Below are positions 1-12,598 of a stretch of DNA of 60,000 nt, piece after piece. The notes below the pieces were generated by a model. It was not told the DNA's origin, did not search any database, and worked only from the letters and a program-made list of their open reading frames with translations. This stretch comes from Lama glama (Eukaryota), in contig CM052817.1 of the NCBI GenBank assembly GCA_028534125.1, positions 5,830,001 through 5,890,000 on the forward strand, in the 5' to 3' direction. Numbering within the stretch: position 1 is the stretch's first letter; the number at the start of each line of letters is the position of its first letter. Both the position numbers and the translations under genes were made by a program.

Positions 1-264
1 ATTAAAAGGCTTTAGGGGAAATATATATAGATTATAAAACTACAAAGAGCAGCCAAGAAATAATTATTTCAAATGTCAGGTCAGGGGTCACCTCTGGGGG
101 CTGGTGGAAGAAATGATTGGAGAGGGGCATTTGTAGGATTTTCTATTCTCTTTCATTCTTATTCTTAATCTTAGGTGGGTGCCAGACTTTAAACTATCTT
201 TGTATGCTTTTTATATACTCTTTTGTAAGCATAATATGTTTCACCATTTAAAAACTTCTCAAAA

Positions 265-800
265 ATGGTGGGAAAGTGCTCCAGGCAGAGGGAACAGCAT
301 GTGCCAAGACAGCTGAGGATGGCTTGGCATGTCCATGGTAATGGAAGGCCAGTGGGGATGAAATGGGACTGTAAAGAAAGGAGTGGGCTGCATGGAATGG
401 GAAGGGCTGAAAAGGGCAGGCGATGTGGGACCATAAAGGTGATAATAATAAAGTTGATTGTTCTTGAATTTTTGGGGGGGATAGAGTGAGAAACTGTTGC
501 TGGGTTCTAAGCAAGGGGAGGACATGGTGTGGCTTGCATTTTCAGGAGAAGCCTCTGGCTTCAGAGTGGCAAGTGGATTAGAGGCAGGCGAGGGAGGAAG
601 GTGGCACCCTGTTGGGAGACTCTGCATGTCATGGTGGCCTGGACCAGGTGGCAGAGATGAAAGAAGGGGGTAAATCTGAGATATTTTTTGAATGTAGAAT
701 GGACAGGACTAACTGGGTCATTGGCTCCAAGTCTGGGGAGAGATGGTGTTGGCGATGGCAAAAGAGGACACAGCAGACTGCCAGGTTTCTGGCGTAAGCA
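265..800. mobile_element. L2 LINE fragment (old)
   Basis: Typical L2 phrases ccaggcagagggaacagcatgtgccaag and ggtggcctggaccaggtggcagag; boundaries approximate. Confidence 0.6.
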
Positions 801-1637
801 AACAGGCTGATGGCAGGAGGTAAGGCAGGGAGAGGTAGTACCCTCTCCCTGTGTGACATCTGTTCTCCTCCCATTTTCTCTCTCCTTCTGGATCCATAAC
901 TACCTTGCTCATTGTACGAAGTGAGGCCAGACTACATTATCAACAATTAGAGCTTTTTCTAACGATGATGAAGTTTCCATGTGTTAATACACAAAATGCT
1001 CTGATCTGCCATCATCCAGATTCACTCAACAAACCCGTGCTGATATGGACACAGAAATAAACCAAACATGGCCCCAGGATATCAAAGATCTAGTCCATGG
1101 GAGCTGATAAAGCACTGTATCATTTAAGAATGCTCTTGCCTGCAAGAAACAGGATATCCCAACTTAAAATAGCTAAGCAACAGGGACATTTACTAGGACT
1201 ATTGATCTTGTGGCTCCATAATGGGGTCAGGAATCCAGGTGCTTCCTCCTGCTTCATTTGGCTAGCCTAAGGCTGCACCCACTCAATTATAGGACGCCTC
1301 CTAGTAGCAGTTTCGGCTACATGCTTTCCCATTCATGTTTCACTGGAGAGACTAACCCTGGTCTCTCAGAGATCTCTTGATGCTAACAAGAACTTTCTTA
1401 AAAGCCTCCAGCAAACCTCTCTTTATGTCCTGGTTGGGGCCCAGGCCCCTTAATAAGCCAATAGCTGGAAAGTGGGATGGGAACCATCACCTGGATTCCA
1501 TTCCTCTATCTTCTTCTTCCCACCTTATTAAATAGCACCACCGTTCACCAGTTGCTCAACCAAAAGTCTTGACTTCATCCTTGACTCTTGCCCTTGATCC
1601 ACACCCTTCAACTAAGCCATTTGGACTCATCCCTGTC

Positions 1638-2767
1638 TGTTATGGGTTGAATTTTGTCGTCCCCTTCCCCAACAATTTAGATGTTAAAGTGCTAACCTCA
1701 GCACCTCAGAATGTGACCTTATTTGGAAATAGGGTCACTGCAGATGTCATTAAGATAAGGTAATATTGGAGTAGGATGGGCCCTACTGGCCCCTTCTCCC
1801 AGTCTACCCTACTCTAATATGACTAGTTTTCTCACTAAAAGGGAAAACTTGTCATTTTTAGCAAAGTAAGCCAGAAAGAGAAAGAAAAACACCATATGAT
1901 ATCACTTATTTGCAGAATCTTAAAAAAAAAAAAGACAAACGAAATTATTTACAAAACAGAAACAGACTCACAGACATAGAAAACAAACTGACATTACTCG
2001 GGGGAACGGGGTAGAAAGGGATAAATCAGGAGTTCAAGATTTGCAGATTACTAACTAATATATACAAAATAGATAAATAACAAATTTAAACTGTATAGCA
2101 CAGGGGACTATATTCAATATCTCATAGTAACTTATGGTGAAAAAGAATATGAAAACAAATATATGTATGTTCATGTATGCCCGAAGTATGATGCTGTACA
2201 CCAGAAATTGACACAACACTGCAAACTGATTTATACTTCAAAAATATATATATATATATATATTTTGTATATTTGTATATTGTATATATATATATTTTGT
2301 ATATATATATATATACAAAAAAACAGGGAAAACTTGGACGCAGAGACAAACCTTGTTATGGGTTGAACTGTGTCCCCGTGAAACTCATATGCTGAAGTCC
2401 TAGCCTCCAGCACCTCGGAACATCACTTTATTTGGAGATAGGGTCTTACAGAGGTAATCAAGTTAAAATGAGGTCAGTAGGGCAGGCTGTAATGCAATAC
2501 TAATGTACATATAAAAAAGGTACATTTGGAAACAGAGACATGCATGGAGGGAAGGTGATGTGAAGACACAGGAAGAGAGGATGGCCATCGTAAGCCAAGG
2601 AGAGAGGCCTGGAACAGTCCTGACCTCACAGGCCTGGGGAGCAACTGACCCTGCCCACACCTTGATCTTGGACTCCCGGCCTCCAGGACTGTGAGAGAAT
2701 GAATTCCTGTTGTTCAAGCCACACAGTCTGTGGTACTTTGTTTTGGCATCCCTAGCAAATTAATACA
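1638..2767 (+). mobile_element. MLT1 (ERVL-MaLR) LTR composite with duplicated 5' part and a nested L1 fragment
   Basis: Two tgttatgggttgaa starts (1638 and about 2354); ends ...aattaataca; flanked by the 5-bp direct repeat CTGTC (1633-1637 and 2768-2772). Confidence 0.8.
1852..2324 (+). mobile_element. 5'-truncated L1 3' end with a (TA)n-converted tail
   Basis: L1 3' UTR phrases (gtaagccagaaagagaaagaaaaacaccatatgatatcactt, ctgtatagcacagggga); 12-bp TSD AGGGAAAACTTG at 1840-1851 and 2325-2336. Confidence 0.85.
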
Positions 2768-3639
2768 CTGTCTGATCTCCAAAATACTTCGCACTTCTTT
2801 CACCACTGAAGCCAGCCCAAGCCACGCCCCTCTCACTGGGGCCACCACAACAGCCTGTAAGGTAGTTGGGTAAGTTGGGGCACCAGGCAGATAGGTGGAG
2901 GAGAGGGAGGAGGGTCCGGAAGATGGTGTTAAGCCCGCCTCCAGCACAAAGGGACTTTACTTCTTCTAAATGAGTGCCAGCAGGAAACCGGCACGCCCTG
3001 GTTAAAACCCGACGGCCACAACTGCAGTAGCAGAAAGGACTTAACCAGACACGACCCAGTGTTCACTGTATTATAATTAACATTGCGACTTAGGCTCCCT
3101 CTTTGGGCTTTTCTATGCATTACCACGGGTAAGTACAATGCAAAGGCATTAAACGTGACTAAGCACTCCAGGCACAAGAGCCGTCAGTCAATCAAAAGAC
3201 CACCTCCAAGCGAGGGTGTCAGAGAAAGGGGGACGAAGAGCACCAGGACTCCTCCTTGAACCAGCCCGCCTCCAATCTTGGTGGCATATGCTTTTCCTAA
3301 ATCTCTTAAAATATTTTTGCTACATAACGCTTTCTGTCTCCGGTCTGTAAATCTTATCTTTTGGTTAAGACAAGGATCGCTCCGCCCCACCCAACCCCTT
3401 TCCCGTTTGGGTAACAAGCCCACCCTCTGGGACCCTCACCAAGGTGCCTGGCGCAGCTTCTCTGAGCGGGTACCTTGCTGTCGGTGGCTGGACATGAAAT
3501 TTGACCCGCAGTTTTCAAGCTCTCCAGGAACCATCTGGCATCCTTTAGGCTACCCAGCGTCAGAAGCCCCCTCCTCGTTTGGGAGAACTTCCTGCCTTTC
3601 AGGAGCCCTGAGGGAAACGGAGCGCCCTCACCACCCCAG

Positions 3640-4010
3640 GCTGAAAATGCAGACGCGCCTCCCAGCATGCCCTGCAGTTCAGGAGGGGCCACGTGACCGA
3701 GCCAGCTCAGCCAATCAGAGGCCTGACTTTGCGCGCGGGGCGGCTAAGAGGCGGGGCTGAGGGTTCCCCGGGCACAGGGGGCGCTCAGGCAGGACTGGGT
3801 CCGCCGGCGGCAGCGCCCGAGGTGGGGGCTGCGGTGGGAGCTGCGATGTCCTTTGCCAGCCGTGGGGGAGACGGGAGACGGCAGGGGGTGCTGCTGCCGA
3901 CCCCGCAGGACCAGCTTCGGGAGAGATCTGGGGTGTTATCCCGGCAGCGGCAGCGGAGCTTCCCTGCCCGGCTCGCGAGCGCTCCCACCAATCCTGGGAG
4001 CCGCTTCCTA
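3640..4010. promoter_or_regulatory. CpG-island-like, promoter-like segment inside the SLC2A9 intron
   Basis: High GC and CpG density; CACGTGAC (3690-3697), AGCCAATCAG (3709-3718), GC boxes (3737-3758), second CCAAT near 3988. Confidence 0.65.
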
Positions 4011-5699
4011 TTTTTTCAATGATTTCTTTTTTAGCTTCAATCAGGCAAAATTGTTGATGTTGCGTACGACTAGAACTCTATCAGAACACGTAAATAATCC
4101 CATTTCATCCTCATGATGATCCTAGTGGCAGACACCGTCATTTACAAATGAGGGAACCCAAAAAGTGGTGCAGGAGGGTTTGCGTGAGATCTGCTGGCCT
4201 CAGAGCCCGAACACAACAACCCCCAGTGACTGCTCGATCATGACTAAGGTGGAAAGTTAAGCAGCTAAGTCCAATAGGACATTTATTGACTTAAAGGTCA
4301 GTATCGGTTAGGCCCTTGTTACGGGCTACACGCCCTATCAGGTCCTGGAGAGCGTAAGGACAGCCCTCAAGCAGCAGAATATAGCGGGAGAAACAGTGTG
4401 ACAATCGCTAAGCCAGAGGGACCAAGGGGCCACAGGAAGGCAGGCGGTCCAGGATGCCACGAGGTCTAAAACGAGTACATACAGGGTCCGACTCTCCAGA
4501 GAAGCTGGCATAATGAGTGAGCATCAGCGCTTCACAGACACCCCTCCTGCCACCCAATAATCAGGAGACCCCCAAGCACTGAAGGTTATTCTTGGGTGTG
4601 ACTTGGTCCCTACTGCAATCCTGCACTGATTCGAGGAACTGCTGCTATGTTGCAAGGAGTCCAGCTGATACCCATGGTAGAGGAATCTCTTACTGCCACT
4701 CTTGCAGCAATGATCAGTTTCCAGTTAATGTGCAAAAACTAAAAAGATGCTGTTTGGGAGGAGATTTTCTCTTTTCCCTTCCAATCATTCAGGAGCCTGG
4801 TGGGAAAAGAGGCAGCTTTCACGTTCACGCACTGCTAGGCACTGCTTTGGAAGTCTCTGCAGAGACTTATTTCAGTTTTGGGAAAGCCCTGCAGAGGGCT
4901 GGCTAAGCCTGGGAGAGTTACCCCCTGCAGAAACACATTTCAAATAGTCCCCAAAAGCTAGTTTCAGACTGATGCCTTTGATGATTAAATATTTGTCTTC
5001 TCCAGGTGTGAATTCAGCAAAGGCTTACATGAAAGGCAGCCTGAAAGCTTATGTGATAGTAAAAGCCAGGTGATGAGGGTTGTTCAGCTGATTCATTGCA
5101 CAGACATTCACTGGGTTTGAGATTTGTGGACCTAGTATATGTCAACACTGACTTGTAGCACATGGTACAGAACAGGTGCTTAAATAAATGTGTCTTAAAT
5201 TGAGTCTCTGCTATGGGTTGGTCACCATATAAATAAAAATAGGTAACCCATAGGTCAAATTTACAATGTGCCATGGGACACATGTGAACTCATCCCCTCT
5301 GCAAACCCTGTGAGGCAGGTGCTGTGTTTTGACTTCTCTCTGGGGCAGATGAGGAATCTGAGGCCCAGAGCCATAGAGCTTTCCTAAGGTGACACCTTTG
5401 GCAAGTGGCAGGGTCAGGACTCCAGAGCCTGTCTCTGAACCACTACCCTATTCCAATCCTTAGTACAGAAAACACAAAGATGGTCCCATCCATACCTCTA
5501 CTACATGTGGAAAGACTGAGGTGGGGGAGAAAAGGAGATATGGAATGAATTTTGGCTGACTGCTAAGTGTGTATCAGACATCTGTACACCTGCCCTCAGC
5601 TGACCCTTGCAGCCATCCTATTAAGTTTCATGAGAGCTGAAAACTCTGGAGCTAGAAATGTACCTGAAAGTGACAGACTGCAGTGGAACTGCAGAGCCT

Positions 5700-6100
5700 G
5701 CTCATGCTCATGGCGTCTGTGCCCACCTCCCCTTCCTGGCCCCACTGCCAGGTCACACTTCTCAGCCCCTTGCATCTGGGTAGGGCCATATGTTCTCACC
5801 AAAGGAGTCTGATTTGGTGTATGTCTCCTTCATTGAGGATTCAGAGTTCATGTGCCTTCTCCCTACTCACTCCTTTTTCTTGTAGGCTGGTCATGCACAG
5901 AGGACCCAGCAGAGACCTCTGAAGCCCTAAGGAAAGGTGGAGCCACTCAACAGAAGGAGCCTGGGCTCCTGAATGACTGCGTGGAGCAGAGCACCCCTGC
6001 TCACCTGCTTTGGACAGTGACAGGAGTGAGAATGAACTCTCACTGTGTTAAGCCACCAAGATTTAGGAGTTGCGTGTTATCACAGCTAACTTATCTGAAC
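5700..6100 (+). mobile_element. Old MLT1-type LTR fragment
   Basis: gaaggagcctgggctcctgaatgactgcgtggagcagagc ... gtgttaagccaccaagatttagg; boundaries approximate. Confidence 0.55.
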
Positions 6101-7779
6101 ACTGTCAACCTGACCCCTACGCCCATGCCATGACAATTACTGTGACATGGGACTTTAAGAAAGAGGGAAGATTAAGGCAAGATCATGAAGAACGGGTAGG
6201 TTGGGAGAGGTGGGCCTTCAACTATAGGTTTCCTTTTATAGTTTGGGAAACTCATAAGACTCCATTAGAAAAAAGTATTCTACAGTAAAACATAGTTTAA
6301 GCTCACTGTGCTAGCTAACCTCTAGGCCCACTTGGGGCCATCTCATTCGTGGATTCCACACTTTACTTTTCCATGGAACCTGCTTCCAAGAAACCCTTTC
6401 TTGTATCTTTCTGTCTAAGGAGTCTGCCCTTAATCCTTGGGGAGCAATTGGAGATGTGAGCATGCAGTCGAGACTCTGTGTTTCAGAACACAGGAGGTGC
6501 AGTGTGGAGCTATTTCAGAAAGTTTCATTGAGAGGTGGCTGGACCAGTGAGGAAGCTCTGCACTGGTAAAAGATGATGAGTCTAACAGAAATGTTTTATG
6601 AATTAATTGAGGAGTATTTATATTATGGTTAGTACTTACTAGAGCCCAAACAGCAAAGAAATGAGTAAGAGGCCATATGGTGAAAGGAAAGGAGACACCA
6701 CAAAGAGCTGAGGGTCGTGGATTCAAGACTTGCTTGCACCACAGAGTCCTTCTGTGACCTCTAGCAAGTGGCTATGCCTCTGAGGTCACGGTTCTCAGCA
6801 GTTAAGGGCCCTGGAATTCACTGCATTCAACTCTTAGCTCTGCCACGTATCTGCTGGGTGATCCTGAGTAAATCACTCAACCTCTCTGTGCCTCAAGTGC
6901 CTCATTCATTCAATGGTTTTCCTCCCTAAAGAGTTACTGGAAGGATGTAGTGTGAGGATGCACCTCCAGCCCAGTGCTGGGCCCACGAGAGGCACATGAT
7001 GATCATCAGAAGCTGGAGAGGCTAGCAGTGGTGTGGATGTCATTATTTCTGCCTCATCAAAAAGGGGTTCTAGACTTGTTTATTTCTCAGGTCTATGAAT
7101 CCATGGATAATTTCCCTCGATCTCCCCTGCTGACAATCCAGGGGCCAAGCTTCTGGCAACAAATTGAATCATGCAATTCCCAGCTGGCAGGGCTGGCAGA
7201 GAACACCTTCCAATGATGACAGGACAATGGGAGGCAAATTACCTTGTAGCCTGTGTTATATTAATGTTCCTTACTGATTCACATCGAGCCCGTCATGAAT
7301 TCATCTCAAATTATTCTCAGGAGGGCTAGAAAAATTCTCATAAATAGAACCCTTCTATGGATGGCCCGGAGGACCCACACTGTTGCATAACAGAGCAAGT
7401 CATGCCCGGAGGTCCTTAGGGGTTTGTAGAGCCAGTCCGCACCACAGAACACACCGGCACAGGGAGGACAACGGTACAGAAGTCCTTACAAAAGTGCCCA
7501 CCGCCCAGCCAAGCTCTTTGAAGCAAGGACCACACAAGACAAAATTCCACAAGCCCAGCAGTGCCACCTAATGTCACTTGAGTGGCACAGCTAAGGCCTC
7601 CTGTGCAGAGAAAGTGGCCTGAGACTTCCAGCCTCTGAGAAGGTCTGCTTGCAAGGCCGGCCCTGGGCTGGGGTCGGGGAACCTGGATTAGGGGAGGGGC
7701 CCCACTCTTCCCAGAACAGAGAAGAGGGGGCCCCCAGGGCCCACACTGAGCAAACAGCTTGGTTTGTGCTGCACGCCTG

Positions 7780-8130
7780 CTCCTCTCCGGGAGGCAGGAA
7801 TGGTGGACGTGCCCAGAGGAGGCGCCTGCGTGCCCAGCCCCTAATACAGGCCCCGAGCTCCGAGCCTCTGCTGAGCTTGCAAGGAGCACAGCCGGCTGCC
7901 GGGGAAGCTCAGCGCACCTGCACGGCTCCGCGCGGGGAGGAGCCGACCCCGTGTGCCTGGGCCCCTGCGCCCCCGCCCCAGGCGCCTCGCCTTGTGGCTG
8001 ATCTCGCTTGTATCCTCTCGCGGTGACAAAGCACAGGCCGAGGAAGTCTGCGTGCTGAGCCCTGCTAGCGAATGCGCAAAACTGGGGCGGCCATGGCGAC
8101 CGGGCGCACCTCCCAGGTCCTTAGCGAAAT
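7780..8130. promoter_or_regulatory. Second CpG-rich, promoter-like segment inside the SLC2A9 intron
   Basis: CpG-dense; GC boxes, NRF1-like GCGAATGCGC (8068-8077), ETS-like AGGAAGT (8041-8047), TCTCGCG (8016-8022). Confidence 0.5.
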
Positions 8131-8623
8131 GTCCAGCTCCATTTGGACTTGATGTTCAGTTTGCGGGTTTGTGGTGGTTTATTTCCTTCCTACTGTGTGA
8201 CTCCCCCGGAGGAATTTGAGAAAGAGGCCACTGTCCTTCTAGACACCTGAGAATACTTTGCTCCCTTCACTGGCTTTTAAAATGAAAACTGAACACAGTG
8301 AAAGAGGATGCTTGGGACTGCAAGCCATAGTCAGAGGGTTGGACCTCAGAGTTTCCTGGGTTCCCCCTTCAGCCACCTTTGCAATGAGGAAGCTTGACTC
8401 TTGCGTTTAATTAGATAGAACATGAGGAAAGAAAGGCATTTTCTGTGTGGCCCCAGGCAGAAGCAGAGAGAAGTGTGTGTGTGCACACAGACACCCTTCT
8501 TATATATATAAAAAAAAAAGAATCCAGAGCCTCTCTCCTGCTGGAACGTTCTTTTGAGAGATGGCATAGCTGTGTTTATGGGGGCACAGTGCATTCACGC
8601 AGGCCTGCTCTTTGCTCTGAGAT

Positions 8624-9625
8624 AACATGAAAAGATGCTCAATATTGTTAATTATCAGAGAAATGCAAATCAAAACTACAATGAGGTATCACCTCACACC
8701 AGTCAGATGGCCATTATTAAAAAGTTCACAAACAGGGGGGATGGTATAACTCAAATGGTAGAGCACATGCTTACCATGTGCAAGGTTCTGAGTTCAACCT
8801 CCAGTACCTCCAGGGAAAAGTAAATAAATAAATAAACCTAATTACCTCCTCACTGCAAAAAAAAAAAAAATCCACAAATGATAAACGCTGGAGAGGGTGT
8901 GAAGAAAAGGGAACCCTCCTACACTGTTCTTGAGAATGTAAATTGGTGCAGCCACTATGGAAAATAGTATGGCGATCCCTCAAAAAACTAAAAATAGATT
9001 TACAGCAGTCCCACTCCTAGGCATATATCTGGGGAAACTCTAATTTGAAATGATGCATGCACCCCAATGTTCATAGCAGCACCATTTACAGTAGCCAAGA
9101 AATGGAAGCAACCTAAATGTCCATCAAAAGATGACTGGATAAAGAAGATGTGGCATATTTATACAATGGAATACTACTCAGCTATAAAATATGAAATAAC
9201 GCCATTTGCAGCAACATGGATGGACCTGGAGATGATCATACTAAGTGAGGTAAGTCAGACAGAGAAAGATAAATATCATATGAAATCACTTATATGTGGA
9301 ATCTAAAAAAAAAAGTGACACAAATGAACTTATTTGCAAAACAGAAAGAGACTCACAGACATAGGAAACAAATTTATGGTTGCCAAAGGAGAAAGGTAGG
9401 GGAGGGATAAATTAAGAGTTTGAGATTCACAGATGCAAACTGCTATATATAAAATAGATAAACAACAAGGTCCTACTGTACAGCACAGGGAGCTATGTTC
9501 AGTAGCCCATAATAACCTATAATGAAAAAGAACATGAGAAAGAATAGATATATATGTATAACTGAATCACTGTGCTGTACACCAGAAACTGCTCAACACT
9601 GTAAATCAACTAGACTTCAGTAAAA
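8624..9625 (+). mobile_element. L1 3' end (ORF2 C-terminus and 3' UTR) interrupted by a SINE
   Basis: ORF 9067..9306 MFIAAPFTVAKKWKQPKCPS...ATWMDLEMIILSEVSQ is the standard L1 ORF2 end; gagaaatgcaaatcaaaactacaatgag at the 5' side. Confidence 0.92.
8735..8870 (+). mobile_element. tRNA-derived SINE (camelid Vic-1-like)
   Basis: ggggggatggtataactcaaatggtagagcacatgc...gttcaacctccagtacctcc with A/B-box-like segments, then aaataaataaacctaattacctcc and poly(A). Confidence 0.85.
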
Positions 9626-10771
9626 GGTTTTGAAAAGTGGCCTCTGGGTGGGGCCAAGGTTGTGACCGTCCTCTGCAGACACAAGGGCACCATCCATTGG
9701 CTGAGTGGCTTGGGACCAGTTAATCAATCTTCCTCCTCCCAGTTTCCCTTGTTTGTAAAATGGGATTATTGGCACAATAATTTGGTATACACAGTAAGCT
9801 GGGACACAAGTGAGAGTTCCAGTCCCTGCTTCATAGACGGGGATTCACAGAGCAGTTTTACTATTAAATTATTAACTGTGTGCCGTTTGCCTTTGCTGAT
9901 AAGCAGCCTGCTTTTCTCTTACAACTACGGGGACAAAAAGTGAGGCAGAAGGAAGACAGAGGAAAGAGAAAGAACAACTTTGACTTTCCAAAATCAGAGT
10001 CCTGTCCCGCGCTTAAACTATCCTGCGATACCCGTCTCATCAAAATAATGGCCAGTGGTTTCTGTAGCAACAAGATGCACTGGTTTCTCCTGTGATCTCA
10101 GCCTCTCCCACCAAGACGCCCCACTGTGCCCCTCCATCCACCCAGTGGGTGCCGATGCCTGTGACCCTCTCTGCACCCGTCATCCATCCTGGCTGTCCCT
10201 GCAGTGGGCCTCAGGCCACACAGAGCTGCCCCACCACATGCCCTCCTTCTCTGAGAGCACAGGGGCTCCCAGAAGAGTCACTAAAGTTGCAGCTCAGGGC
10301 AGCATTAACTGAAAGGACCAGGACTCGCTGTTGGTTCTCTGTCTGCTGGTTCATTGGACTCTTTCCTTTGGGCCAGCATCTAACACCTGCTGCTAATGGG
10401 GACAGCTCTCCTCTTGCAGAGAGAGGTGATGGTTTTCCTCCTCATCACCGCCTGTCTACCTGCCCTTAGGGAAGGATCCGGGAGAGGAGAATGAGTAAGT
10501 ATACTTTCTGCTAGGAAATTTATGGAAAGTCAAATTAATTGTTTTGCTGAAGTGCTGGGCTTAGATACTAACACCAGGGGGGTACGATTCTGTCTCTCCT
10601 TCTAAGAGGAGAAATGTCACCAACTTAGAAATCACTGAGTCATTCATTATATGTAAAAGCCAAAGCACTCATTGTGATTCTTGCGGACACTGGATTTGTT
10701 TCAAGTTTAGTCCTAGTTTATATGCCTTGGGAGCAGGGGTGATAAGTTAGACCCCCCAAAGCAAAGCAAAG

Positions 10772-10846
10772 TTTCTTTCTTCCTTCCTTCCTTCCTTCCT
10801 TCCTTCCTTCCTTCCTTCCTTCCTTCCTTCCTTCCTTCTTTCCTTC

Positions 10847-10912
<66 letters not shown>

Positions 10913-10996
10913 CTTTCTTTCTTTCTTTCTTTCCTTCCTTCCTTCCTTCCTTCCTTCCTTCCTTCCTTCCTTCCTTCCCCATTCCTTCCTTCCCTT
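10772..10996. repeat. Compound (CCTT)n-(CTTT)n-(CCTT)n microsatellite
   Basis: Pure pyrimidine run 10772-10980; accounts for the KEGR/KERK pseudo-ORFs. Confidence 0.98.
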
Positions 10997-11083
10997 ATTC
11001 ATTAATTCATTTAACAAACTCTTTTTTCGGTATTTTTAGGTTTAGAACATATTTTGTATGAAGCACACGGTGTATGTGCAGTT

Positions 11084-11770
11084 GTATAATTAGGAATTTG
11101 GCTGGCTTTTCTTCCTGGTTCTTGGAAGGTGGCCTCTAAGCCCTTGGGATTTTCTGAATAAGAGGTGTGTCTTTGTTATTCATGGAGGGGCTCTCAGACC
11201 CCACCTGGTGCTTTATGCATGTGCGATATCTCAGGTTGGGGGCTGGCCATGCCAGGAGGACCAACCATGTGGCTAGAGGCCAGGTGATGCCCTCCCTACA
11301 TCCAAGGAGGGGAGGCGGACTGGAGACAGATTTGATCAGTCATGCCAAGGTCATGAAGCCCAAATAAAAGCTCTGGACACGGAGGCGCGGGTGAGCTTCC
11401 CTGTGGGCACTGCTTGGTGAATCAGTGTGCTGGGAGGGTGATGTGTCTTGACATTACAGGGAGAGGACACATGAAGTTTTACATTTGGAAGCCCCCCTCC
11501 CCCATACAATACCTCACTGTATGGGTCTCCTTTGCCTGGTTCTGACTGGTATCCTTTTTGTCATAATAAAACTTATAATTACATAAGCATGCTGCTTTCC
11601 TGAGTTCTTGGAGTTGTTCTAGCAAATTATCAAGACTGAGGGGCTAATGGGAGCCTCCCCAAATCTGTAAACAGTTGGTCAGAGTCGTAAGTGGCCCTGA
11701 AATCCCCATGCTTGCAGCTGATGTCTGAGGTGAGGGCAGATGCTTTTAACCTGTGAACCTGGCCTGCCTG
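11084..11770 (+). mobile_element. LTR element, MER21-like
   Basis: ggaatttggctggc...cctggttcttggaaggtggcctctaagcccttggg and tttcctgagttc...gttctagcaaattatcaa resemble the MER21 family as recalled. Confidence 0.6.
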
Positions 11771-12311
11771 TGGGTAGTCGGCGTAATTCTTAAAGGCCCT
11801 AGGATTTCCAGGCTGGTAAATGAGCACTGGCTTCAACTTAAAGCCCAGCCGCATTAGCCCCTAACAAGAAAGCCGGCCTGTCCCCTGAAGCCAGGCCCTG
11901 ACTTCTCCTCTCTAGCTGTGAAAGTCCTAGATGGCATCTCCGACACAGCGCTGTTCTGTCTGCATTGAGAATCTGTCATTTAGTGAAGCCACTTCCATGA
12001 ATTCTCCGAGCTGGAGCTCCTGGAGAACCTGCTGCGGCTCGTACATCAGCACCGGCTGCTGCACCTTGCACGCTGACGTCCTGGAGATGGCATCTTTCCT
12101 TAAACCTTGTGAAGCAACCTCTGCTTGCTTCTGGCTTCTTCCGCAGCTTCGTCACCTCTCTCAGCCTTCGCGAAATTGAAGAGAGTAGAATCCAGCCTTG
12201 CTCTGGGTGAGGCTTTGGGTTACGGAAATGTTGTGGCTCGTTTGATCTTCTATCCAGACCACTCCAACTTTCTCCATGTCAGCAATAAGCCTGTTTTGCT
12301 TTATCATTTGT

Positions 12312-12565
12312 TTTTTAAAAAAATTTTTAAATGTATTTTATTGAAGTATAGTCAGTTTACAGTGTTGTGTGAATTTCTGGGGTACAGCACAATGCTTCAG
12401 TCATACGTGAACATACACACATTCATTTTCACATTCTCTTTCACTGTAAGTTACTACTGGACACTGAATATAGTTCCCTGTGCTCTACAGCACGATCATG
12501 TTGTTCATCTATTTTATATACATTACTATCTGCAAACCTCCAGCTCCCAATTTATCCCCTTTCTT
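12312..12565 (-). mobile_element. L1 3' end nested in Tigger1
   Basis: ttttattgaagtatagtcagtttacagtgttgtg...gaatatagttccctgtgctctacag is the reverse of an L1 3' UTR. Confidence 0.85.
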
Positions 12566-12598
12566 TAACACTTGTGTGCTCACTGGAGTAGCACTTTT

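Noticed and set aside
8735..8870. tRNA-like sequences with A/B boxes (also near 12650, 31660, 37830 and 42060)
   Set aside because: Degenerate, with A-rich tails and TSDs; these are SINEs, not tRNA genes.
10713..11017. Lys/Glu/Arg-rich ORFs
   Set aside because: Translations of the tetranucleotide microsatellite.
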